A stretch of 64,000 nt of DNA from assembly GCA_963700145.1 (NCBI GenBank), contig OY969474.1:160001-224000 (forward strand), read 5' to 3'. Both the position numbers and the translations under genes were made by a program. Origin of the DNA: an uncultured Acidobacteriota bacterium. GTDB lineage: Bacteria > Acidobacteriota > Thermoanaerobaculia > Multivoradales > UBA5704. The notes below the pieces were generated by a model. It was not told the DNA's origin. It was given only the letters and a program-made list of their open reading frames with translations, and did not search any database. Position 1 is the first letter of the stretch; every line of letters starts with the position of its first letter. Positions 18,347 through 26,738 of this stretch are shown in pieces.

Positions 18347-20038
18347 ATGGCCCTCTCGCTGCGGCCGGAGCACCTGAAGCGCTACAAGGACGTCGCCGCC
18401 CTGCTGGTCAAGCACGGGCGGGGCGACCTCGCCACCTTCATGGCCGCCGCCGACCTCGAGCTGGCCGACGAGGGGCCGGCCGGTGCCACGACCGACTGCG
18501 GGCCCGAGCAGCTCGCCCGCGATCTGGAGGCGCTCGGCCCGTCGTTCATCAAGCTGGGGCAGCTCCTCTCGACCCGCTCCGACCTCCTGCCGCCCGCCTA
18601 CCTCGAAGCGCTCGCCCGCCTCCAGGACCGCGTCGAGCCGTTCTCCTTCGCCGAGGTCGAGGAGATCGTCACGCAGGAGCTGGGCGTCCGCATGTCGAAG
18701 GCCTTCGCCGAGTTCGAGTCGGTGCCCGACGCCGCCGCCTCGCTCGGCCAGGTGCACCGCGCGCGGCTGCGCGACGGGCGCGAGGTGGCGGTCAAGGTGC
18801 AGCGTCCGGGGATCCGCAAGGTGATCCTCGAGGACCTCGAAGCCTTCGCCGAGATCGCCGGCTTCCTCGACAAGCACACCGACGCCGGGCGGCGCTACGC
18901 CTTCCAGGACATGCTCGACCAGTTCCGCAAGAGCCTCTTGCGCGAGCTCGACTACCGGCGCGAGGCACTCAACCTGAAGACCCTGGGGAAGAACCTCGAA
19001 GACTACCCGCGGCTCGTGGTGCCGCAGCCGGTCGACGACTACACCACCTCGCGTGTCTTGACGATGGACTACGTGCGCGGCACGAAGGTCACAGAGCTCT
19101 CGCCGCTCGCCCGGCAGGAGCCGGACTTCGACGGCCGGGCGCTCGCCGAGGACCTCTGCCGCGCCTACCTCGACCAGATCCTGGTGGACGGCTTCTTCCA
19201 CGCCGACCCGCACCCCGGCAACGTCATGGTCACCGAGGACCACCGGCTGGCGCTGATCGACCTCGGCATGGTGTCGCGCATCGAGCCGCGGACTCAGGAG
19301 CAGCTGCTGAAGCTGGTCCTGGCGGTGTCCGACGGCCGCGGCCACGACGCGGCGCGCATCGCCATGCAGATCGGCACCATCCTCGACGACTTCGACGAGG
19401 ACCGCTACCTGCGCAACGTCGGCGAGGTGGTGGCCGGCTACCAGGACCTGGGGCCGCAGCGGGCGAACGTGGGGCGGACGGTGCTCGGGCTGTCGCGCCA
19501 GGCGGCCGAGAACGGGGTGCGGCCGGCACCGGAGCTGACGCTGCTGGGCAAGGCGTTGCTCCATCTCGACGAGGTGGCGCGGACGCTGGAGCCGAAGCTC
19601 GATCCCAACGAGATCGTGCGCCGCTACAGCGACACGCTGCTGCGCAAACAGATGCTGCGGCAGCTGTCGCCGGCGGCGATCTTCTCCTCGGCGCTCGAGA
19701 TGCAGGAGCTGGTGCGGCAGCTGCCGCAGCGGGTCAACGCGCTGCTCGACAACCTGGCGCACAACCGCGTGTCGGTCAAGGTGGACGCCTTCGACGAGTC
19801 CCGCCTGATGGACAACCTGCAGAAGATCGCCAACCGCATCGCCCTCGGGCTGGTGCTGGCGGCGCTGATCGTCGGCGCGGCGCTGATGATGCAGGTGCGC
19901 ACCCGCTTCACCCTCTTCGGCTACCCGGGTCTCGCCATCCTCCTCTTCCTCCTCGCCGCCGCCTGCGGCTTCGGGCTCGCGCTCACCATCTTCCTCAACG
20001 ACGACTGGCGCGTCTGGCGCAACCGTCGGTCGCGCTAG
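18347..20038 (+). CDS. ABC1/AarF/UbiB atypical kinase
   Basis: LGPSFIKLGQ, AASLGQVH, VAVKVQRP, FFHADPHPGN, IDLGMV; C-terminal TM helices. Confidence 0.92.
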   Translation: MALSLRPEHLKRYKDVAALLVKHGRGDLATFMAAADLELADEGPAGATTDCGPEQLARDLEALGPSFIKLGQLLSTRSDLLPPAYLEALARLQDRVEPFSFAEVEEIVTQELGVRMSKAFAEFESVPDAAASLGQVHRARLRDGREVAVKVQRPGIRKVILEDLEAFAEIAGFLDKHTDAGRRYAFQDMLDQFRKSLLRELDYRREALNLKTLGKNLEDYPRLVVPQPVDDYTTSRVLTMDYVRGTKVTELSPLARQEPDFDGRALAEDLCRAYLDQILVDGFFHADPHPGNVMVTEDHRLALIDLGMVSRIEPRTQEQLLKLVLAVSDGRGHDAARIAMQIGTILDDFDEDRYLRNVGEVVAGYQDLGPQRANVGRTVLGLSRQAAENGVRPAPELTLLGKALLHLDEVARTLEPKLDPNEIVRRYSDTLLRKQMLRQLSPAAIFSSALEMQELVRQLPQRVNALLDNLAHNRVSVKVDAFDESRLMDNLQKIANRIALGLVLAALIVGAALMMQVRTRFTLFGYPGLAILLFLLAAACGFGLALTIFLNDDWRVWRNRRSR

Positions 20039-20280
20039 CCCCCGCCCACCGCGCTGCGGCGGCCGTTCCGGTGTGGGGTCCCGCAGGCTCTCCTCCGCGC
20101 CGGGCGCTCCTTGGTGTCCGCGCTGCGCGTGCTGGTACAGAGGGGCGTTGCCGGCAAACACGGTGATGGCTCCGGCGCCTCGCACGGTGGACTGCGAGGG
20201 GGAGCGGACGGAGCGCCCGGCGCTCCAGAGACCTGCGGGCCCTAGAACCGGCGGTGGAGCCCCTGCTCATGTTGGCCCCT

Positions 20281-20387
20281 TTGTCATCCCGAGCGTGAGC
20301 GAGGGATCTGGGGGCAGGGTGGCGCGAAGACTCACCGGCATCGCGCCGCCCCCCGCCCAGATCCTTCGCTCACGCTCAGGATGACAA
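20281..20387. repeat. REP/BIME-like element, copy 2 (arms in the opposite order)
   Basis: TTGTCATCCCGAGCGTGAGCGAGGGATCTGGG ... CCCAGATCCTTCGCTCACGCTCAGGATGACAA. Confidence 0.85.
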
Positions 20388-20640
20388 GGAGAGTTCCCTC
20401 TCCTCAGATGGACGTCACTTCAGAGTGTCGAGTCATGGCGCCGCGTGATGTGCCGGGCCAGAGGCCCGCGAAGCGGTGCGTTCCGGTGAGGGGGCCACCG
20501 TGCGCTAGCGGCGAAGCCGGCGCCCGCTAACCAGCCACCCACTTTCCCAACCAGGACCCGCGCAGCGGGCGCGCCTCTTCGCGGGCCGGTTGGCCCGGCA
20601 TCTCACGCGGCACTATCCGTCCCGCGCGGAACAGTCCGCC

Positions 20641-20649
20641 TGCTACAAT
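20641..20649 (+). promoter_or_regulatory. Putative extended -10 promoter (TGcTACAAT) for the GNAT/boxB-like/ProDH operon
   Basis: Consensus-like TGnTACAAT about 45 nt upstream of ATG 20695. Confidence 0.45.
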
Positions 20650-20694
20650 CCGCCCGGCCTCGCCGCCCCGGGTGGGGCCGCTCCCGAGGCCTGA

Positions 20695-21171
20695 ATGACC
20701 GAGACCCCGTCGGCGACTCCGATCCGCATCCGTCCGCTCGACGAGCTGGACATCGGCGCCATCGTCGGCATCGACGAGCGGATCGGCGGGCGCTACCGGC
20801 CGGAAGTCTGGGAGCGGCGGATCGGTTACTACATCCGGCGGGACCCCGAGGCCTCGCAGGTGGCCGAGGCGGAGGGCAAGGTGGTCGGCTTCATGCTCGG
20901 CGAGGTGCGGTCGGGGGAGTTCGGGCTTGAAGAGCCGACCGGCTGGATCGAGGTCCTGGGGGTCGATCCCGCCTATCGCAGCCAAGCGATCGGCCGCCGG
21001 CTCGCCGAGGCGATCCTGGGGCACTTCCGCAAGCAGGGGGCGACCACCGTGCGCACCCTGGTGGACGAGGGGATGGAAGAGATCGCCCGCTTCTTCGCCT
21101 CGCTGGGCTTCGAGCCGGCGCCCCTTCGCCCCTTCGTCAAGCACCTGGAGTCGTGGAGATCTGAGCGATGA
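20695..21171 (+). CDS. GNAT N-acetyltransferase
   Basis: KVVGFMLG, LGVDPAYRSQAIGRRL, FFASLGF. Confidence 0.88.
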   Translation: MTETPSATPIRIRPLDELDIGAIVGIDERIGGRYRPEVWERRIGYYIRRDPEASQVAEAEGKVVGFMLGEVRSGEFGLEEPTGWIEVLGVDPAYRSQAIGRRLAEAILGHFRKQGATTVRTLVDEGMEEIARFFASLGFEPAPLRPFVKHLESWRSER

Positions 21172-22499
21172 GCGTCCGCACCGCGAGCCTGCCCAAGACC
21201 TTCCACGACGCCGTCGTGCGCTGGCAAGAGACCTACCTGCCCGACTACGACTTGCTGCTCGAGAACTGGGACCGCTTCTTCCCCAACGAGCCCCGCTTCG
21301 AGCTCTGCGCCTTCCGCGAGCTCGGCATGTGCAGCGAGGTCGAGTGCGGCGACATGAAAGGGCAGCCGAAGCCGACGCGCGCCGCCGATTTGCTTCCGGA
21401 GCAGGCCCACCACCTCTTCGGCGCCATCCGCGCCCAGGCCTCGACCGAGTTCGGCTCCATCCAGCAGCACCGGCTGACCCTGGCCCGCGCGCAGGAGGAG
21501 GAGGAGCAGTTCTGGATCCTGCGCATGATGGCCGAGGAGCTGCGCCACGGCTACCAGATGCTCCACCTCCTCGTCGAAGACGACTGGAGCTCGGTCACCG
21601 AGGAGTCGCGCGCCGACGTCGTCGAGGGGATCCTGGCGATGACCACCGGCTCGCACATCCTCGGCGCCTTCAACATCGACTTCGACTCCTTCGTCGACAG
21701 CGTCGTCTTCTGCGCCCTGATCGACCGGGTGGGGAAGTACCAGCTCGCGATGCAGCGCATCAGCGCCTACAAGCCGATGGCCGAGAGCATGCCGCAGATG
21801 CTGCGCGAGGAGGCCTTCCACCTCGCCGCCGGCGTCGTGCCGATGCGCCGCTGGGTGACCAAGGCGGCCAAGGGCGAGGTCTACATCACGATGGAGGCGC
21901 TGCAGAAGGCGGTCAACAAGTGGCTGCCGCGCGCCCTCGAGATGTTCGGCGACGAGCGCGGCGGCGGCACCAACGTGCGCTACGGCTTGAAGCCGATGAA
22001 GAACGCCGAGGCGCAGCGGCAGTACTACGAGGAGGTCGAGAAGCTCCTCCGCGACCTCAACATGCGCTACGTGCGGGCGCGGGTCGAGAAGCTTTCGCTA
22101 GTCGAGGCCGAGCGGCTCCTCGACCGCATCGTCGAGAGCGGCGAGGCCGTGGACGGCGTCGGCCCCGAGGAGCTGCTGCGCCTGCCGCACGCGGACTTCT
22201 TCCGCCGCCGCGGCGTCCCCGCCTTCCAGATGGTCGGCTGGGCAGGCGAGCGCTTCACCGACGTCGCCGAGTACGCCCGCCACCTGCGCGCCCACCTGCC
22301 GGAGTCCTACTTGGCCGGGGTGGACTTCAAGGACTACTTCGACGCCTTGACCAAGATCGCGCAGGGCGAGCTGACCGTCGACCAGGCTACCCGCCAGACC
22401 CCCGAGCTGCGGCGCGTCGCCGGCGCCTGCCCCTGCTCGAAGGGGGTGCGCTGGGTGATCGAGGAGCCCGCCGCCGAGCCGGCGGCCGCCCCGGCGTAG
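21168..22499 (+). CDS. BoxB/PaaA-like ferritin-fold diiron aryl-CoA epoxidase subunit
   Basis: QASTEFGSIQQ, EELRH, DRVGKYQL and MLREEAFH match the BoxB-type diiron motif pattern. Confidence 0.75.
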   Translation: MSVRTASLPKTFHDAVVRWQETYLPDYDLLLENWDRFFPNEPRFELCAFRELGMCSEVECGDMKGQPKPTRAADLLPEQAHHLFGAIRAQASTEFGSIQQHRLTLARAQEEEEQFWILRMMAEELRHGYQMLHLLVEDDWSSVTEESRADVVEGILAMTTGSHILGAFNIDFDSFVDSVVFCALIDRVGKYQLAMQRISAYKPMAESMPQMLREEAFHLAAGVVPMRRWVTKAAKGEVYITMEALQKAVNKWLPRALEMFGDERGGGTNVRYGLKPMKNAEAQRQYYEEVEKLLRDLNMRYVRARVEKLSLVEAERLLDRIVESGEAVDGVGPEELLRLPHADFFRRRGVPAFQMVGWAGERFTDVAEYARHLRAHLPESYLAGVDFKDYFDALTKIAQGELTVDQATRQTPELRRVAGACPCSKGVRWVIEEPAAEPAAAPA

Positions 22500-22520
22500 C
22501 CCCGCGCGCTCCAGCCCGCG

Positions 22521-23426
22521 ATGAGCTTCTTCAACCGCCTCCTGGTCGGGACCTTGCCTCTGGTCCCCAAGGCCGTGGTGCGCAAGGTCGCCTCGCGCTA
22601 CGTCGCCGGCGAGACGCTGGAAGACGCCCTGCGCGTCGTCCGCGACTTGAACGGCCAGGGCGCGATGGCGACGATCGACCTCCTCGGCGAGGAGGTTGCG
22701 GAGCGGGAGAAGGCCCTCGCCGCGGTCGAGGAGTACCGGCGCGTCTTCGCCGCCATCGAGCGCGAGGGGCTCGACTCCAACGTCTCGATCAAGCTCACCT
22801 TGCTCGGGCTCAAGATCGACGAGGCCTTCTGCCGCGACAACGTGGCGACGATCGCCGAGGCCGCCCGCGACTGCGGCGGCAACTTCGTGCGCATCGACAT
22901 GGAGGACTCGAGCTGCACCGATGCCACGCTGCGCATCTACCGCGACCTCCACGACCGCTACGGTAACCTCGGCGTCGTCCTCCAGGCCTACATGCGCCGC
23001 ACCTTGACGGACATCGAGGAGCTGCCGGCGGACGGCGCCTCCGTCCGGCTGTGCAAGGGGATCTACGTCGAGCCGCGCGAGATCGCCTGGAAGGGCTACG
23101 AGACCGTGCGCCACAACTTCGTCCAGGCGCTCGAGAAGCTGATCGCGCGCGGCGTCTATCCGGCGGTCGCCACCCACGACGAGTTCCTGACCTGCGCCGC
23201 CGCCGCCCTCGTCGACCGCCACGGCCTGCCGCGCGAGGGCTACGAGTTCCAGATGCTCCTGGGGGTCGACGAGCAGCTCCGCCGCATCCTCATCGCCGGC
23301 GGCCACCGGCTGCGGGTCTACGTCCCCTACGGCCGCGACTGGCACCCGTACTCCATGCGCCGCCTGCGCGAGAACCCGGAGGTCGCCCGGCACGTGCTGC
23401 GGGCCTTCCTGCGCGGGGGCTCCTGA
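22521..23426 (+). CDS. Monofunctional proline dehydrogenase
   Basis: RYVAGE, VRIDMED, VRLCKGIY, ATHD, EFQMLLG, YVPYG..YSMRRLRENP. Confidence 0.92.
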   Translation: MSFFNRLLVGTLPLVPKAVVRKVASRYVAGETLEDALRVVRDLNGQGAMATIDLLGEEVAEREKALAAVEEYRRVFAAIEREGLDSNVSIKLTLLGLKIDEAFCRDNVATIAEAARDCGGNFVRIDMEDSSCTDATLRIYRDLHDRYGNLGVVLQAYMRRTLTDIEELPADGASVRLCKGIYVEPREIAWKGYETVRHNFVQALEKLIARGVYPAVATHDEFLTCAAAALVDRHGLPREGYEFQMLLGVDEQLRRILIAGGHRLRVYVPYGRDWHPYSMRRLRENPEVARHVLRAFLRGGS

Positions 23427-23501
23427 GCCGCGTCAGGCCGCCGGCAAGCCGGCCCCGGCCGGTCCGTGTACAATCCGCCTAACTTTCGCAGCACCAGGAC
23501 G

Positions 23502-24533
23502 ATGGCGGACAGCGAAGACTTCGAGTCGACCGAGGAAAGACTCCTCTCCCGGGACACGGACGGGATCGACATCTCGTCCTATCAGGAGGGGAGCGGCCAG
23601 ACCCAGACCTACAACGCGCTGACGCGGGAGCGGCCGAGCGGCCCGCAGGGCGCGCGGGTCGAAGCCAACGTCATCCTCATCGCCCATCCGGAGAGCCGGC
23701 GGCTCGGCTCGCGCTACCGCGTCTCCCCCGGCGCCACCCTCGCGATCGGCCGCTCGGGCGCGGTGGCGATCACCCTCCCCGAGGTCATGTCCCTGTCGCG
23801 CCGCCACGCCCGCCTGCGCTACATGGGGCCGCTCGTCACGCTCGAGGACCTGGGGAGCACCAACGGCACCTACGTCAACGGCCGCCTCATCGACGGGCGG
23901 GCGGTGCTCAAGAGCGGCGACCGCTTCCAGACCGCGGCCGTCCACTTCAAGTTTCTCCACGAGAAGGACGTCGAGACCGCCTACCACGAGGCGATCTACG
24001 ATCTCGTGGCGCGCGACGGCCTGACCGAGATCTGGAACAAGCGCAAGTACGACGAGGAGATCCAGCGCGAGTTCGCGCGCGCCGTGCGCCACGGGCGGCC
24101 GCTGTCGCTCATCCTCTTCGACCTCGACGACTTCAAGCGGGTCAACGACGGCCACGGCCACCTGTGCGGCGACTTCCTGCTCAAGCACGTGGCGGGGCTG
24201 GCCCGCGAGATGGTGCGGCCCGAGCAGGTGCTGGCGCGGGTCGGCGGGGACGAGTTCGCGATCCTGGCGCCGGAGACCACGGCGCAGGGGGCGGCGATCC
24301 TGGCCACCAAGCTGTGCGACCGCATCCGCGTCCTCGACTACCGCTACGGCGACCTGCAGATCCCGGTGTCCTGCTCCTTCGGCGTGGCGGAGCTCGGCCC
24401 CGGGATGGTGCACGCCGAGAGCCTGTACGAGGCCGCCGACCGCGCCCTCCTCCAGGTCAAGCGCGAGGGGCGGGACCGCGTGGGTGTGGCCGAGGAGGCG
24501 GGGCCGGCCAAGGTCCCCGCAGCGGCCCCGTAG
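23502..24533 (+). CDS. FHA-domain diguanylate cyclase
   Basis: FHA motifs IGR, SRRHA, DLGSTNGT; GGDEF domain DGLT..N, DLDDFKRVND..GH..GD, RVGGDEF. Confidence 0.92.
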   Translation: MADSEDFESTEERLLSRDTDGIDISSYQEGSGQTQTYNALTRERPSGPQGARVEANVILIAHPESRRLGSRYRVSPGATLAIGRSGAVAITLPEVMSLSRRHARLRYMGPLVTLEDLGSTNGTYVNGRLIDGRAVLKSGDRFQTAAVHFKFLHEKDVETAYHEAIYDLVARDGLTEIWNKRKYDEEIQREFARAVRHGRPLSLILFDLDDFKRVNDGHGHLCGDFLLKHVAGLAREMVRPEQVLARVGGDEFAILAPETTAQGAAILATKLCDRIRVLDYRYGDLQIPVSCSFGVAELGPGMVHAESLYEAADRALLQVKREGRDRVGVAEEAGPAKVPAAAP

Positions 24534-24557
24534 CGCCCGGCCTACGTGCCGGGCGTT

Positions 24558-26567
24558 CTAGTTACCTCCCGGCGTCGCCGGCGCCGCCACCCGCGGCGTC
24601 AGCAGGTGCCGCTCCATGAACTCGAAGACCACCGCCTGCAGGTAGTCCACGTTCGGCTTCTTGGCGAAGCCGTGCCCCTCGTTCTTGCCGACGACGTACC
24701 AGACGGCGGCGCCGTTGGCCTCGACCGCCTTGACGATCTCCTCCGACTCCGAGAGCGGCACGCGCGGGTCGTTGGCGCCCTGCGCCACGACCAGCGGGCG
24801 GCGGATCTTGGCCGCCTGGCGGCGCGGCGAGATGCGCTCGAAGAAGGCGCGCATCTCCGGCAGCCGCTCGTCGCCGTACTCCGCCCGCCGCAGGTCGCGC
24901 CGGTACTCCTGGGTGTTCTCGAGGAAGGTGGTGAAGTCGCTGATCCCCACCGACTCCGAGGCGCAGCAGAGCCGGTCTCCGTAGTGGACGAGGCTGGCGA
25001 GCACCATGTAGCCGCCGTAGGAGCCGCCCATGACCATGACGCGCGAGGCGTCGAGGTCGGGCTGCGTGGCGACCCAGTCGAGGAGAGCGCCGATGTCCTT
25101 GACCGAGTCCTCCCGCTTCATCGCGTTGTCGAGGCCGCCGTAGGTCTTGCCGTAACCCGTCGAGCCGCGGACGTTCGGCAGGATCAGGACGATCCCCTTC
25201 TCGTCGACGAGGTAGTTGTTGGCGCCCTGGAAGCCGGGGCGGCTCTGCCCCTCGGGGCCGCCGTGGATGTTGATCAGCACCGGCCGCGGGCCGGGGAAGC
25301 GCTCCGCGGCGGGGCGGTAGACCCAGGCCGGGATGGTCCGCCGCGTTCCCGGCGCCGTCTCGTCGAAGGTGGGGAAGCGGACCAGCTCGGGCACCGCGAA
25401 GCGGGAGGCGTCGAGGCCGCCGACCTCGCTCTCGGTCCAGCGGTCGAGCCGGCGCGCCTCCGGGTCGTAGCTGTAGACGTCGGAGGGGGAGCGCGCCCAG
25501 GAGAGGCGGAAGGCGACCTCGCGGCTGTCCGGCCGGAAGGCGAGGCTGTCGGCCACCCCTTGCGGCAGGTCCGGGGCGGGCAGCTCGCGGCCGGTCGCGG
25601 TCTCGAGCAGGTGGAGCTTGCCGAACCCCTCCTCGTTGGTGAAGTAGGCGATGAGGCTGCCGTCGTCCGCGACGTCGAAGCCCTCGACGTCCCAGGGATG
25701 ATCGCCGGAGAGCACCGTGTGCTCGCCGGTCGCGGGATCCAGCCGCACCAGGCGGTGGAACTCCGAGTCGCGGTCGGTCGTGGTGTAGACCGCGCGGCCG
25801 TCCGGCGTCCAGAGGCTGTCGAAGTAGGCGAGCTTCGCGCCCTCCGGGCGCGGCGTCAGCGCCTGGAGCGCGCCGCTCGCCACGTCGACCGCGTGCAGGT
25901 AGCTCTCGTGCACGGAGACGAACCGGCCGATCAGGAGGCGCCGGTCGTCCGGGCTCCAGTCGAGGATGCTCCAGTCCCCCTCCAGCTCGGCCACCCGCCG
26001 CTCGGCGCCGCTCGCCGCGTCCCAGACGTAGAGGTCCATGTCGCGGCCGTTGCGCGCGTTGCCGGTGTAGGCGAGCAGGCGGCCGTCGTGCGACCACTCG
26101 GCCCCCTGGTGGCGGTGCACGCCGTCGGTGATGCGCCGGGTGCGCGCCGCGGCGCGGTCGAGGAGGTAGAGCTGGAAGTTCTCGGCGCCGCCCTTGTCCA
26201 TCGAATAGACGAGTTGCTCCGGGTGCCCCGGGCGGTAGCCGCCGGCGAGGATGCGCTCGGGCTCGAAGGTGAGCTGCGTGCGCGCCCCGAGAGGCATCTT
26301 CAGCTCGTGGAGCTGGTTGGTCTCGGCGAAGCGGGTGGTGACGAGGAGGCGCCGCTCGGTCGGATGCCAGTCCTGGAGCGTCGCCGAGCGGCTGTTCTGG
26401 TACGGCCGCATGGCGTCGAGCGTGCTCTTGGGGATCGGCGGCACGTTCTTGACGACGATCGCCTCCGGCACCGGGATCGGCTCCGGCGTGGCGGTGGCTG
26501 CGGGCTCGGCGGCGGCGAGGGGAAGAGGCGCCGCGAGGAGCAGCGCGGCCAGGAGAGTGCGGGTCAT
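24558..26567 (-). CDS. Secreted S9 prolyl oligopeptidase-family peptidase
   Basis: HGGPE, PNVRGSTGYG, GGSYGG nucleophile, NDPRVP, EGHGF; N-terminal propeller. Confidence 0.93.
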   Translation of the reverse strand: MTRTLLAALLLAAPLPLAAAEPAATATPEPIPVPEAIVVKNVPPIPKSTLDAMRPYQNSRSATLQDWHPTERRLLVTTRFAETNQLHELKMPLGARTQLTFEPERILAGGYRPGHPEQLVYSMDKGGAENFQLYLLDRAAARTRRITDGVHRHQGAEWSHDGRLLAYTGNARNGRDMDLYVWDAASGAERRVAELEGDWSILDWSPDDRRLLIGRFVSVHESYLHAVDVASGALQALTPRPEGAKLAYFDSLWTPDGRAVYTTTDRDSEFHRLVRLDPATGEHTVLSGDHPWDVEGFDVADDGSLIAYFTNEEGFGKLHLLETATGRELPAPDLPQGVADSLAFRPDSREVAFRLSWARSPSDVYSYDPEARRLDRWTESEVGGLDASRFAVPELVRFPTFDETAPGTRRTIPAWVYRPAAERFPGPRPVLINIHGGPEGQSRPGFQGANNYLVDEKGIVLILPNVRGSTGYGKTYGGLDNAMKREDSVKDIGALLDWVATQPDLDASRVMVMGGSYGGYMVLASLVHYGDRLCCASESVGISDFTTFLENTQEYRRDLRRAEYGDERLPEMRAFFERISPRRQAAKIRRPLVVAQGANDPRVPLSESEEIVKAVEANGAAVWYVVGKNEGHGFAKKPNVDYLQAVVFEFMERHLLTPRVAAPATPGGN

Positions 26568-26738
26568 CGGAGTCCTCCGGATGGTTCGCTTCGGAACGGG
26601 CGTTGGAGCATACACCGCGCTGGCGGCACGCCGCGAAGCCCTGCGCCTGAACCGCGAAATTCGCCGCGCCTGTCCGTCCCTTCCTGCGAACGCGACAGCT
26701 GGCCCTACTGGCCGGCCTCCTCGTGCAGGGGGATTCCC

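Noticed and set aside
20073-20384. Small ORFs in the 20.0-20.7 kb intergenic region
   Set aside because: No RBS or motifs, and they run through REP and fold-back sequence.
24546-26738. N-terminal half of the 1367-aa ORF
   Set aside because: It is the antisense shadow of the S9 peptidase; the real M6 protease starts at 26739 with a signal peptide.
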